64,000 nucleotides of DNA. Origin: an uncultured Candidatus Saccharibacteria bacterium (lineage in GTDB: Bacteria > Patescibacteriota > Saccharimonadia > Saccharimonadales > 2-12-FULL-41-12). This document shows positions 49,388-59,201 of this stretch, one piece after another. The stretch lies in contig CAYOLI010000001.1 in the NCBI GenBank assembly GCA_964404795.1, forward strand, positions 140,137 to 204,136, read 5' to 3'. How positions within the stretch are numbered: the stretch's first letter is position 1; every line of letters starts with the position of its first letter. Position numbers and translations under genes: made by a program. The notes below the pieces were generated by a model, which was not told where the DNA came from, made no database searches, and saw nothing but the letters and a program-made list of their open reading frames with translations.

Positions 49388-50164
49388 ATGTCTGACGAAG
49401 TATTAATAAAAGTAGAAAAAGTTTTTCAAAATTTCGCGATAGAGGAAGGCACTATTGAGATTATTAAAGACGTAAGTTTCGAAGTGCGCAGTAATAGTTT
49501 TAATATTATTTATGGCGCAAGTGGATCTGGTAAATCGACTTTGCTTAATATTTTGAGTGGATTACAGACGCCATCTAAAGGCCGAGTGCTATTTAAGGGC
49601 CAAGATGTTTATGCTTTCTCCCCAGACGAGCTTGCTCATTTCCGCGCTAACCAGATAGGAATTGTTTATCAATCGAATTATTGGGTACAGAGTTTGAACG
49701 TGCTAGAAAACGTAGCAATTCCTCTATATTTTTTAGGATATACCCGCTCCTCTGCTATGCAGAAAGCACTATCTGCTCTAGAAAAAATCGATATGCAAAG
49801 TTATGCAAAAAAGTACCCAATTCTACTGTCTGGCGGTGAGCAACAAAGAGTTGCAGTTGCTAGAGCCATTGTAAACGACCCGATGTTTATCATTGCGGAC
49901 GAGCCAACAGGAAGCTTAGACAGCAAAAACGGCGATAAAGTTATGGACTTGTTAAGGAGTGCGCATAGCGACACTAAACGTACCATTATTTTGGTAACTC
50001 ACAACATGGAATATCTTCCATTGGCGGATAATCTGCTCCACATACAAGATGGAGTGGTCCAAAATCCCGATAGTCAATCTGTTCAGACAATTCCAAGTGA
50101 GATGATAACCTCTCTTAAGCAGCGTCTTGATAAGTTTGCAGCAGCCAAAGAAGAGGAGCAATAA
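49388..50164 (+). CDS. ABC ATPase of the MacB/LolD/FtsE type
   Basis: GASGSGKSTLLN, LSGGEQQRVAVARA and IADEPTGSLD motifs. ATG 49388 lies 4 nt after the giant-gene stop. Confidence 0.9.
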   Translation: MSDEVLIKVEKVFQNFAIEEGTIEIIKDVSFEVRSNSFNIIYGASGSGKSTLLNILSGLQTPSKGRVLFKGQDVYAFSPDELAHFRANQIGIVYQSNYWVQSLNVLENVAIPLYFLGYTRSSAMQKALSALEKIDMQSYAKKYPILLSGGEQQRVAVARAIVNDPMFIIADEPTGSLDSKNGDKVMDLLRSAHSDTKRTIILVTHNMEYLPLADNLLHIQDGVVQNPDSQSVQTIPSEMITSLKQRLDKFAAAKEEEQ

Positions 50165-50167
50165 AAA

Positions 50168-51442
50168 ATGATGTTAAAGAAAATCAAACTTTTTTTGTCG
50201 AATGTGGCTACATGGAGCATGAACTTACTAGGTGCTAATCGTCAGGGCAAGGTTATTTCGCTGGCGATATTAATCCATATAGCATGGCGTAATTTGATTA
50301 GTAAAAAACTTAGATCACTACTTACATTATTTGGAATAATTATCGGAATTGGGGCCATATTTTTTCTATTTTCTTTTGGACTAGGACTACGTAATTTAGT
50401 AACTAATCAGGTAATTGGTGATAAATCGATAAAGGCAATCGATATAAGTACTCCAAATTCTAAGGTTTTGCATCTTGATGCTACGCTTGTGAACAAAGTT
50501 ACGGCCTTGCCTCATGTTGAAAAGGTAGGCAAGGTAATTACATCGCCGGGCAGTGTTAGTTACAAAAAAAGCGAAACTGATGCAGTTGTTTATGGAACCG
50601 ACAAGAACTTCGAGGACTTAAGCTCTCTAAAAATTATAGCTGGGCGGTTAGTTAATAATGATGATGGATTTTCGGTCGTTGTTAACTCGTCACTCCTTAA
50701 GTCGGTTGGCATAAACGACAGCAAGGATGCCGTTGGAAAAAAAATTGACTTAAAAATACCACTTAGCACGAAAGATTCTAATCTAAAAAATATCGACAGA
50801 GAATTTACAATTGTTGGGGTAATTGATTCTGGCTCGGGTGGCGAGCTGTTTACTCCAGTGGGTATTTTTGAAGGCGCAGGTATAGGGTCGTATTCACAAT
50901 TAAAAATAGTAGCCGACGATTCAAATAGCGTACCGTCTCTTCGAAAGCAAATAAGTAGCTTGGGCTATCAAACAGCTTCGCCTATAGATACACTAGATCA
51001 GATTAATCAAATTTTTAAACTCTTTACAATTATTATTGTCGGATTCGGGGCAATTGGTATGGTGGTATCTGTGCTAGGAATGTTTAACACCCTGTCAATA
51101 TCTTTGATTGAAAGGACTAAAGAAATTGGGCTGATGATGGCACTGGGTGCACGAAACCGTGACATGAGTCGATTATTTATTGTTGAGGCAATTCTGTTAT
51201 CGATTGTTGGAGCGATAGTAGGTATAATTTTGGCCTCAATTCTTGGAGAGGTTGTTAACGTCCTTATGAATATGTCGGCAAGGACTCGGGGCGTAACTCA
51301 AAGTTTCGATTTGTTCGCTACTCCTTTATGGTTAATTGGAGCTACTATCGTATTCATGGTGGTCGTTGGCGTTATTGTAGCGTTTTTCCCCTCAAGACGA
51401 GCTGCTAAGATCAACCCAATAGACGCACTACGTCGTGGCTAA
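50168..51442 (+). CDS. MacB/FtsX-type ABC permease
   Basis: TM1, a ~200-aa extracytoplasmic domain, and a C-terminal 3-TM FtsX domain ending ...PSRRAAKINPIDALR. Confidence 0.85.
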   Translation: MMLKKIKLFLSNVATWSMNLLGANRQGKVISLAILIHIAWRNLISKKLRSLLTLFGIIIGIGAIFFLFSFGLGLRNLVTNQVIGDKSIKAIDISTPNSKVLHLDATLVNKVTALPHVEKVGKVITSPGSVSYKKSETDAVVYGTDKNFEDLSSLKIIAGRLVNNDDGFSVVVNSSLLKSVGINDSKDAVGKKIDLKIPLSTKDSNLKNIDREFTIVGVIDSGSGGELFTPVGIFEGAGIGSYSQLKIVADDSNSVPSLRKQISSLGYQTASPIDTLDQINQIFKLFTIIIVGFGAIGMVVSVLGMFNTLSISLIERTKEIGLMMALGARNRDMSRLFIVEAILLSIVGAIVGIILASILGEVVNVLMNMSARTRGVTQSFDLFATPLWLIGATIVFMVVVGVIVAFFPSRRAAKINPIDALRRG

Positions 51443-51512
51443 AGCCATAATCTAGAAAAAACTTTCACTAAAGAGAGTGCAATTTTTGTAAAAATACCTG
51501 AAAGTCAAATTT

Positions 51513-51588
51513 TGGTGGGGCAGGCAGGATTTGAACCTGCGACCAATCGGTTATGAGCCGACTGCTCTAACCCCTGAGCTACTGCCCC
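51513..51588 (-). tRNA. tRNA, anticodon CAU, Ile2(lysidine)-like
   Basis: Hand-folded cloverleaf: GGGGCAG/CTGCCCC, GCTC/GAGC, GTCGG-CTCATAA-CCGAT, GCAGG-TTCAAAT-CCTGC, with an encoded CCA. The anticodon arm and variable region resemble the B. subtilis/E. coli tRNA-Ile2 as I recall them. Confidence 0.85.
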
Positions 51589-51679
51589 AAAAATTATTTG
51601 GACTCTAGAGGTGGTAACAGATATGAGTATAGCAGAGCAAGCGTAAAAATGTTAAGTAAAGCTGTATAATATAAGTCAT

Positions 51680-52144
51680 ATGCTATCAAAAATAAAAAAT
51701 ATTTCTCGCAGTATTCGGATAACACCGTACCTAGAGGTAAGAGTAGTCGGGTTAGTTATTTTTACGATAATTATACTGTTGGTCAGCTGGAGTGGAGTCA
51801 AGGTAATACAGACAAATTATGAACTTGAAAAAAAGATTTCACAGCTTCAAAAAAGAAATACTTTAAAAAAACTTGAAAATGAAAATCTGCGCTTAAAAAA
51901 TACATATTATGAATCCGATCAATATCTGGAGTTAACTGCCAGGCGTCAGTTTAACAAAGCAGCCCCTGGCGAAAAGTTGTTTGTTGTGCCTACGTCTGTC
52001 GCTCTTAGTAAGACCGTTGATCTGCTCAGTGTTGACGACGCTAATCTAGCGTCTAATTCTGCAGAAGTCCAAGCAAAGAAGAGTAAGTTTCAGCAAAATC
52101 TTGAAGATTGGCTGGTGTTTATCTTGCACAAAAACCGTTCGTAA
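51680..52144 (+). CDS. Septum formation initiator family protein (FtsB/DivIC-like)
   Basis: One TM, a coiled coil (LEKKISQLQKRNTLKKLENENLRLKN) and a YLE..AR..... motif. Confidence 0.6.
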   Translation: MLSKIKNISRSIRITPYLEVRVVGLVIFTIIILLVSWSGVKVIQTNYELEKKISQLQKRNTLKKLENENLRLKNTYYESDQYLELTARRQFNKAAPGEKLFVVPTSVALSKTVDLLSVDDANLASNSAEVQAKKSKFQQNLEDWLVFILHKNRS

Positions 52145-52166
52145 GAACTGTTGATATAATAGAAGT

Positions 52167-52499
52167 ATGCAGAAGCTAAAACGCGGGTGGCGCATGGTAC
52201 CATGGCATATTCGAAAACCGGTCGTATTGATTATCGGGCTATTGTTTGTAATTGCGGCTGGATTAACGGGTTGGTTACCTGGGCCGGGAGGTATACCCTT
52301 ATTTCTGATTGGTATTGCCATTTTGGCTACAGAGTTTGTTTGGGCAGAAAAAGCTAGGGACTGGATATTGGATAAGGGCAGAAGCACGGTTGATTATATA
52401 AAAAAACGCAAACATTTACTTGTAATTACTGGTGGATTAATGACCTTGGTACTGGCATCGGCTTTTTTCTTTGCATACAATTTATACATAAGAAGCTAA
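52167..52499 (+). CDS. PGPGW-motif small membrane protein
   Basis: LPGPGGIPLFLIGIAILATEFVWA. Confidence 0.5.
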   Translation: MQKLKRGWRMVPWHIRKPVVLIIGLLFVIAAGLTGWLPGPGGIPLFLIGIAILATEFVWAEKARDWILDKGRSTVDYIKKRKHLLVITGGLMTLVLASAFFFAYNLYIRS

Positions 52500-52557
52500 T
52501 TTTTTGTTAGAATATAATTATTAGGATAAAAACAAATAGCATAACAATTAAATATAG

Positions 52558-53388
52558 ATGTTAAAACTTTTTTCAGTAATTTTTATTAGTGTATTATTTT
52601 TTGCGGGCTATCGGGTGGTTGTTCACTCAGAAGTCGCTCGGAAAACGAATAGTAAAAGTCAAGTCAATCAGTTAGAGAAATATAACTCTCCAAATTTGAT
52701 GAATTTAAAGGGACAAATTCAAAACTCAATTGACTCAAGGCCATCCTTGCAGATTGGAGTAGCGATAATTAATCTAAAAAACGATGAACACGTGTCGCTT
52801 GGTGTTGAGGCCCCGTTTGACGCCGCTAGTACCAACAAGCTATTAACAGCGATATATTTGCTCAAACGTATTGATGATGGAAAAGAATCTCTGAGTACTA
52901 AGGTCGGCAACCATACTATTCAGGCCTATTTACAACAGATGATTGTAGATAGCAACAATGAGGCATGGAAAGATTTAAATGATTATGTTGGTCGAGATAA
53001 TTTAGAAATATTTGCAAAAACTCTTGGCATTACCACTTATTCGTCAGCTACCAATACTATTGCTGCTAATGATGAAGCGAAGATTTTAGCTAGTATTTAT
53101 AGCGGAGAGTTGTCAAAAGATAGTAAGGACAAGTTGCTTGGATACATGGCGCAAGCCGATATAAAAGATTATATTGTTGCAGCCGTTCCAGCGGAATATA
53201 AAGTTTACCATAAAGCTGGCTGGCTTAAAGATCGAGTTCATGATGCTGCAATTATTGATACTGGTCGTGAGGCATTTGTGTTGGTGATATTTTCTAAAGC
53301 ATCGGGTGATTATGACTACAGTGATGGTCAAAAGCTATTTCAGCAAATAACCAAACAAACAATCAACGCCTTTGCTGGAAAAAATTAA
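52558..53388 (+). CDS. Class A beta-lactamase-like serine hydrolase
   Basis: S-x-x-K (ASTNK), an SDN-like motif (DSNN) and a KTG-like motif (HKAGW), with an N-terminal anchor. Confidence 0.65.
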   Translation: MLKLFSVIFISVLFFAGYRVVVHSEVARKTNSKSQVNQLEKYNSPNLMNLKGQIQNSIDSRPSLQIGVAIINLKNDEHVSLGVEAPFDAASTNKLLTAIYLLKRIDDGKESLSTKVGNHTIQAYLQQMIVDSNNEAWKDLNDYVGRDNLEIFAKTLGITTYSSATNTIAANDEAKILASIYSGELSKDSKDKLLGYMAQADIKDYIVAAVPAEYKVYHKAGWLKDRVHDAAIIDTGREAFVLVIFSKASGDYDYSDGQKLFQQITKQTINAFAGKN

Positions 53389-53675
53389 GATTGTGTTTTG
53401 TATTTTGCCGATATTCTTCTCAGGTAGATTTGCGCTAGCCCTACAGCAGACAGTATTGCAAATGAGCTAAAACAAGCTTTTGCTATACTTGCGTGAGTCA
53501 AAATAGAAAGATATAGTCCGGAGGCGATAGTTAGGGCGCTAACTTGCCACATTGTTCGTGCTCTTTTCGTTCCAAGTAATAATTTGTCACTTCGGCTGGC
53601 ACTAGCCACCAAGGCAGCCAAAGTTAATGAACTAACTGCAAGAATAATATGAGAAAATAGAATAACTTTAACCAT
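53385..53675 (-). CDS. Hypothetical small membrane protein
   Basis: 3 TM segments. Only ORF-level support. Confidence 0.3.
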   Translation of the reverse strand: MVKVILFSHIILAVSSLTLAALVASASRSDKLLLGTKRARTMWQVSALTIASGLYLSILTHASIAKACFSSFAILSAVGLAQIYLRRISAKYKTQS

Positions 53676-53751
53676 AACTTAAATTATAACACGACAAAGG
53701 CGTCTTAGATAGTTGCAAGCGAAGCAAGATAAGGACTATTATTAGTATTGA

Positions 53752-54399
53752 ATGATAAAAAAGATTTCTAGCAGGGAGCTCTTTTACGCAGAGATAGCAT
53801 TGGCTGTTGCGATTATTCTGCAGGTTTTTGTGTGGAAGACAAGCCATCACTTTTTTGGTTCTCAATATGTAATTATCTTGGCAGAGATAGTACTAATTGT
53901 AATTTTAGCATTGATTGGTCGAATTAAGACAATGCATGGTAGGGCCGTGTATAAGTCAGCCGCAATTGCCTTTTTAGCGTTGATATCTGTGGGCAACATC
54001 AGCTCTTTGGTAATTGTTCTGAACGTTCTGATTGTAGGTAGTAGCGCCATAACTGGCCCAGAGTTATTGACTGCCGCAATAGCCATCTTTTTAACTAATA
54101 TTATAGTATTTTCTCTTTGGTACTGGGAGATAGATAGCCCAGGGCTAACAAGGCAAAGATGGTCACAATCGGATCAAGATTTCTTATTTGTGCAACAAGA
54201 GAGAAGATCCGAATTTATAGGTTGGACACCTCAATATCTGGACTATTTATATCTGTCTGTTACAAATGCAATTAATTTTGCATCGGCGGATACCAAACCA
54301 ATTACTCGCAATGCCAAATTTTTAATGGGAGCTCAAGCCCTGATATCTGTTTTCACCTTGGCTTTGGTTGTAGCTCGCTCGGTTAGTATTTTGGGGTGA
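53752..54399 (+). CDS. Hypothetical polytopic membrane protein (DUF1345-like?)
   Basis: 4-5 TM segments and an FSLWYWEID motif. The family call is tentative. Confidence 0.4.
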   Translation: MIKKISSRELFYAEIALAVAIILQVFVWKTSHHFFGSQYVIILAEIVLIVILALIGRIKTMHGRAVYKSAAIAFLALISVGNISSLVIVLNVLIVGSSAITGPELLTAAIAIFLTNIIVFSLWYWEIDSPGLTRQRWSQSDQDFLFVQQERRSEFIGWTPQYLDYLYLSVTNAINFASADTKPITRNAKFLMGAQALISVFTLALVVARSVSILG

Positions 54400-54472
54400 G
54401 AGTTAGCTAAAATTGCCTGTTTTGAGGTGCCGTATAGTTTTTTGAACTAGATCGTTATAGGGTTCGTTTATG

Positions 54473-55594
54473 CTAATGAGAGTTTGGTGCGGGAGCTCCA
54501 CCAGTGGTGTTTTTGCTGGTTTTAGGTGCGGGCGTCCCGCCGGTTGATGGTTTTGTTGTCTTTTTCGCAGTAGATTTCAGTATTTTATCGAAGACGGGAT
54601 TGATAGTAGAGTCCTTTCCGTTGGCTTGAGACATTACAACCTTTGCTTGATCAGTGATCTTTTCGTTTGTTGATTTGAACATGCCATTAGCACCGTAGTT
54701 AAGGCCAATAATCATATCGTTAAGGTTTTTCAAATCTTCTTGCATTCTTGCTACTTTCAAATATTCTTGTCTAACTTCTGGGCCCAACTTGTTGTCCGAG
54801 TCGAAGTTAGAGTCAGTAGCTTTTTTGGCTTCATAGACGTCGAGCGCGACTAGCATCTTTGCAGTGTTCTTCCAGTTAGCTAAATGCTGAGTGTCTATAC
54901 GAGATTTAAAGTACTGCATGCGCATATTAGGCAGAATTGTTTGGTAAACCTGTCCATCATGAACGGCACTACATATAGCGTTAATCACATCTGCCTTTTT
55001 CGCGTTGTTTTGGTCTAATAGTTTGCTTGCTTGATCGATAAGTTTTTGGGCGTTGTCTATTTGTTGGTGTAGTGTGCTTGTATCGACTTGAGATTCTGGA
55101 GTTGGTTGTAGCGCATAGGATGGGTTTGGGTCTTGCCCCATTAACCCTCCTGTTCGGGCCTTTTCTAGTGCCGACCTTATACCACCTTGTTTTTCAATTG
55201 CCTCTTTGCTAGATAAAAACTTTTGCTTATTTTTATCTGTTGTAGGTAGGTACTTCTCTTTAAGATATTTAACATCGCCCTTTCTTTTACTAATAGTAGA
55301 TTTTTTCTTTTCTTTAATGTCTTTTAGGTCTTCTTTTGATAGGTTGGCTATACACTGGTCTTTGTTGCCGCCAACGCTATATCTTGGAAGCCCATTAGAA
55401 GGGTTTTCTTTTGGCGGGTCATTTTTGGCGGGCTTAGGTGGATCTTTTTTAGGGCTACTCTTTGGTTTGGAAGTACTCTTCTTTTGCGTGGTTGCAGCAA
55501 GTGAGTTCGCGGGCATAGCGATAATTACTGTACCAATAACAAAAAACGCCAAAGTATTAATAAGTAAAATTCTTTGAATGGTATTTTTAATCAT
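54473..55594 (-). CDS. Hypothetical secreted Lys-rich protein
   Basis: Signal or anchor sequence, Pro/Lys-rich linker, helical body, and a C-terminal repeated GG(T/A)PAPK/N. Confidence 0.45.
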   Translation of the reverse strand: MIKNTIQRILLINTLAFFVIGTVIIAMPANSLAATTQKKSTSKPKSSPKKDPPKPAKNDPPKENPSNGLPRYSVGGNKDQCIANLSKEDLKDIKEKKKSTISKRKGDVKYLKEKYLPTTDKNKQKFLSSKEAIEKQGGIRSALEKARTGGLMGQDPNPSYALQPTPESQVDTSTLHQQIDNAQKLIDQASKLLDQNNAKKADVINAICSAVHDGQVYQTILPNMRMQYFKSRIDTQHLANWKNTAKMLVALDVYEAKKATDSNFDSDNKLGPEVRQEYLKVARMQEDLKNLNDMIIGLNYGANGMFKSTNEKITDQAKVVMSQANGKDSTINPVFDKILKSTAKKTTKPSTGGTPAPKTSKNTTGGAPAPNSH

Positions 55595-55823
55595 TTGCTT
55601 GCTCCGATGTAATCACATTATCTAATTGGCCACTGTCTAGCTCTTCGCTATCGTTGTTGTCAGGTTGCTGCGGTTGACTGCTTTGTGCGCCGTTAGAGGC
55701 AGTTTGCTTTGGCTGGTTTTGAGAGACACGGTATGCAGCAAAGCCAACTGCCGTGACTATCAGTAAGCATATAACCAGCAATCCAAGGTGTGCTACACCT
55801 GACTGATTTTTTGCAATTTTCAT
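55587..55823 (-). CDS. Small membrane-anchored protein
   Basis: N-terminal TM and an acidic/Gln-rich tail. 8-nt overlap with the downstream gene. Confidence 0.4.
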   Translation of the reverse strand: MKIAKNQSGVAHLGLLVICLLIVTAVGFAAYRVSQNQPKQTASNGAQSSQPQQPDNNDSEELDSGQLDNVITSEQAND

Positions 55824-55911
55824 ATTTTTCCTTTTTGTTCTTTTTAGAGTTATTTATTGCGATGGTAACAAACATAAGCATCTCTGTCAACTAGTGCTAC
55901 TATAGATACAA

Positions 55912-57984
55912 ATGTCACCCGAGATAGATAAAATTTTAGAAAGGGCAGTTGCCGATGGCGTACCACCACTAGAGGTGGGCAGACAGCTCATAGCCCAAGG
56001 AGTGCCCGAATCGTTAGTGTCTAGCATGGTTGATGCATGGATGGTCTCGCACGGTAGAAAACGTCAGTCGACCGACTTTACCACATTTGTTAAATCAGTT
56101 AAGGCCAAATCGTCGATGGCAATATTGTTGGTTACTAGCTTTGGCGTATTGGGCGCAATAGTAACTTTATTAAAACCATGGCCCACCAAAATCATGGTTG
56201 ATTCTGTATTTGGTAAAGTTATTGCTCCTGGGCCATTGGCTGGTCTTTCGCAAACGCCAAAATTAATTTTGGTCACATCGATTTTGACGCTTTTAATTTT
56301 TGTTTCGAGCTCGCTACTCTCGGTTGTTAGGGATTATTTGTTACTTAAATTTAGTTACGGAATAAATACTAGTTTTAAGCGCGATTCTCTGCGCCATCTA
56401 CTTTATATCCCTGTTGGTAGAGGGCTACTTAGTAAAGGGGACTATATTTACCGTCAAAACGTACTCACAAATAGCTTGGCTGACTATATTTTGGGCTCGG
56501 CATCAGTAATTATTCAATCTGTTAGCATGATTGTGGCTATCACTATTTTAATGTTTATTATGAACTTTAAGCTTGCGTTAATTTGTCTATTATTGATACC
56601 AACACTTTACTTCTTAACAAAATTATTTGCCCCCAAGGTCGGGTTTTACGCCAAACAGTTGGCAAAAAACAATAGCAAATTATCGGCGATTGTTACCGAA
56701 TCAGTAGATAATGCTGAAACCATTCAGGCCTACGAAATGGCAGAAGACCAGGTAGGTAGAGCAGAGAGGTTATGGCATGAAAATTTTCGTTTAACGTCAG
56801 GTGGTCTGGTCTCTAGTCGTATTTACAAAATGAGTAATAGCTTTTTTGTAATCGTAACAACGGCCGTCATTATGTATTACGGGGGTGTTTTAGCTCTTAA
56901 TGGTGAAATAACACTTGGTGAGCTGTTGATATTTATGACTTACCTGGGGTATATGATGCCGCCAGTCCAAAATCTTGCCAACCAGCTAAGTATAAAAACT
57001 CAAAAAAAACTGGATGTAGTGCGAGCCCACGAAGTTTTATCTGAGCAAGAGGGGGTAGAGTTTACTTGGGACGATAGGCACTTTCCAATCAGTCAGGGAC
57101 GGATCACTCTGCAGGGCGTTGGTTATTCGTACAAAAATTTTCCCGTTTTTAATAACATCAATTTAGTAATTGAACCGAAGCAAAAAATAGGTATTGTCGG
57201 CCCGAGCGGGTCAGGAAAGAGTACGCTACTTAAGTTACTGCCGCTTTTTTTTGAACCATCAACGGGGACAATCAGCATAGACAATATAGATATTCAAACC
57301 ACCTCTTTAAAAGAACTACGTCGGCAAATTTCATATGTTAGCCAAACGCCTCAATTATTTAATATTTCAATACTCGAGAACATAGTAGGGGGTAATTTGG
57401 GCAGGCAAATCTCCAGAGAACAGCTTCACAAAATAACTGTAGATACCGGGGTTTACGACCTTACTCGCAAAATGCCGGATGGCCTAAATACAATTGCTGG
57501 TGAGGGGGGCAGTCGGTTGAGTGGTGGACAGAAACAAAAAATAGCTTTGGCTCGTGGTTTGGCTAAGCAATCCCCAATTATTTGTCTTGATGAGCCAACA
57601 TCTGCGCTAGACGGCGATAGCGAAAACTATATCAAAGAGCATATCGCTAGTCACTTTGCAGAAAAAACTGTAATACTCGTGTCGCATAAAAAGCCACTAC
57701 TAACTCTGATGGACAAGGTATATGTTCTTCAGGACGGTACATTGCAAGATGCTAAAAATTTTGGGGGGCTAGAGCAATACCTAAATAGCATCAATGACAA
57801 AGACATGCAGATAACGGCCGAGAAGGCAAAGATAGAAGAAGCTCAGATTGCAGAGAAAATCCGCCAGGAAGAAGAACAAGCCAAACGTGACGAAAAAAAC
57901 ACTCAAGCTATAATGGCCGAAAAACGTATCAATACTAACCTAGAAGAGTTGAGTGACGAAGTTACTGTAACTATCAGCCACTAG
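55912..57984 (+). CDS. Type I ABC exporter (fused TMD-NBD, MsbA-like) with N- and C-terminal extensions
   Basis: 6-TM exporter domain, GPSGSGKSTLL, LSGGQKQKIALAR and ICLDEPTSALD. There is a ~65-aa N-terminal soluble extension and a ~80-aa Glu/Lys-rich tail. Confidence 0.85.
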   Translation: MSPEIDKILERAVADGVPPLEVGRQLIAQGVPESLVSSMVDAWMVSHGRKRQSTDFTTFVKSVKAKSSMAILLVTSFGVLGAIVTLLKPWPTKIMVDSVFGKVIAPGPLAGLSQTPKLILVTSILTLLIFVSSSLLSVVRDYLLLKFSYGINTSFKRDSLRHLLYIPVGRGLLSKGDYIYRQNVLTNSLADYILGSASVIIQSVSMIVAITILMFIMNFKLALICLLLIPTLYFLTKLFAPKVGFYAKQLAKNNSKLSAIVTESVDNAETIQAYEMAEDQVGRAERLWHENFRLTSGGLVSSRIYKMSNSFFVIVTTAVIMYYGGVLALNGEITLGELLIFMTYLGYMMPPVQNLANQLSIKTQKKLDVVRAHEVLSEQEGVEFTWDDRHFPISQGRITLQGVGYSYKNFPVFNNINLVIEPKQKIGIVGPSGSGKSTLLKLLPLFFEPSTGTISIDNIDIQTTSLKELRRQISYVSQTPQLFNISILENIVGGNLGRQISREQLHKITVDTGVYDLTRKMPDGLNTIAGEGGSRLSGGQKQKIALARGLAKQSPIICLDEPTSALDGDSENYIKEHIASHFAEKTVILVSHKKPLLTLMDKVYVLQDGTLQDAKNFGGLEQYLNSINDKDMQITAEKAKIEEAQIAEKIRQEEEQAKRDEKNTQAIMAEKRINTNLEELSDEVTVTISH

Positions 57985-58530
57985 CTAATCAGCGTCTACT
58001 CCAAAATTATCATCGGTAATAACTGGCTCTTCGTCTACTCCACCAATATCGATTAGATTCGAAACGTCAACCGAACCGGTTTCGGTATCGACGGTTACAG
58101 ATTCTTCTCCTACACTGTCTGCCGGAGATTCGTTGCCACCGGGCTCACCTGCATTGGTAGGATCGCTAACACTCGGTTGGTTTGTGTCAGATACTTCTAC
58201 TGGGGAAGCGTCGTTAGAGGATGGATTGTCACCGGTCTGGTTATCACTAACATCGATTTCTGCATCTGTTGTACCGTCAGTAGGCGACCCTAGGCCGCTA
58301 GAATCTGATTGATCCATGCCAGATGTTTGTTCGTTTTGTGTTGCTATTTCGACTCCTTCTGAATCTACCTGGGCAAGTGTTTGTTGTTCTTGGCCAGCAA
58401 TATTCGGGTCGAGTTTTTCAGCTAGCTCTGATGGCTCCATGTTAGCGTTTGCTCCGTCGGCTTGGGTATAATCTGCCGAAAAGCTATCTTCTCGCATTTG
58501 TGATTGTGGGTCATTTGTGTTGTCGTCCAT
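57985..58530 (-). CDS. Highly acidic low-complexity protein
   Basis: Asp/Glu/Ser/Thr-rich with no TM segment. ORF-level support only. Confidence 0.35.
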   Translation of the reverse strand: MDDNTNDPQSQMREDSFSADYTQADGANANMEPSELAEKLDPNIAGQEQQTLAQVDSEGVEIATQNEQTSGMDQSDSSGLGSPTDGTTDAEIDVSDNQTGDNPSSNDASPVEVSDTNQPSVSDPTNAGEPGGNESPADSVGEESVTVDTETGSVDVSNLIDIGGVDEEPVITDDNFGVDAD

Positions 58531-58609
58531 AATTTTTCCTAAATTATTTATATGATAGTTACAATTATGGACAAATCGGGGTCTTTGTCAAAAGCTAGCA
58601 ACAAATTTA

Positions 58610-59056
58610 CTAAATTATTTGTTGAATATGGCTGGCGTTTGGATCGCTGATAACTTGTCGGTAGTCGGCATATTGGAGTTTTGTTGGTGTCAGCATAAGT
58701 ACTCGGTAATCTCCTTCATGCACTTTCACTACTGGGGGAACCCATTGGCTTGCTTTAGGACCCGTCTCCATTAATTTTTTAAAAACTATTTCAGTGTAAT
58801 CGCTGGTTTCTACTCTTGAGATGGTACCCCTTGTTTGCACGGTAATTTGTTTTTCTTCGTCTGTAATCGTCAGCGCTGCCTGCGGATTTTCTTCAATGTT
58901 TTTAAATTTCAAAGTATTTGCTCTGGTTAAAAAATAAAAATTTAAATCGTCATCGTGTGCAAAGCCAATTGTGGCGCCCCAGGGTTCGCCATTAGTTGAC
59001 GAGGTGGAAAGAACTCCCACGTGATGATCTTTTAGAAAACTTTTTACACTATCCAT
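58610..59056 (-). CDS. Pyridoxamine 5'-phosphate oxidase family (FMN-binding split barrel) protein
   Basis: HVGVLSTSS.NGEPWGA.I.F and the ~148 aa size. Confidence 0.65.
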   Translation of the reverse strand: MDSVKSFLKDHHVGVLSTSSTNGEPWGATIGFAHDDDLNFYFLTRANTLKFKNIEENPQAALTITDEEKQITVQTRGTISRVETSDYTEIVFKKLMETGPKASQWVPPVVKVHEGDYRVLMLTPTKLQYADYRQVISDPNASHIQQII

Positions 59057-59135
59057 TTATCTTAATACAATAGCATGTCCAGCTAAGCAATTGTAATAAC
59101 ATGGAGGATTTGAGTAGATATATAATGTATATTCT

Positions 59136-59163
59136 TTGACAAAATAACAACAACATGTATAAT
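59136..59163 (+). promoter_or_regulatory. Sigma70-like promoter (TTGACA-N16-TGTATAAT)
   Basis: Read directly. It lies about 40 nt upstream of ATG 59202. Confidence 0.55.
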
Positions 59164-59201
59164 ATGTGCGAAATTGTGAAACTAATAATTAAAGGACTAC
59201 G

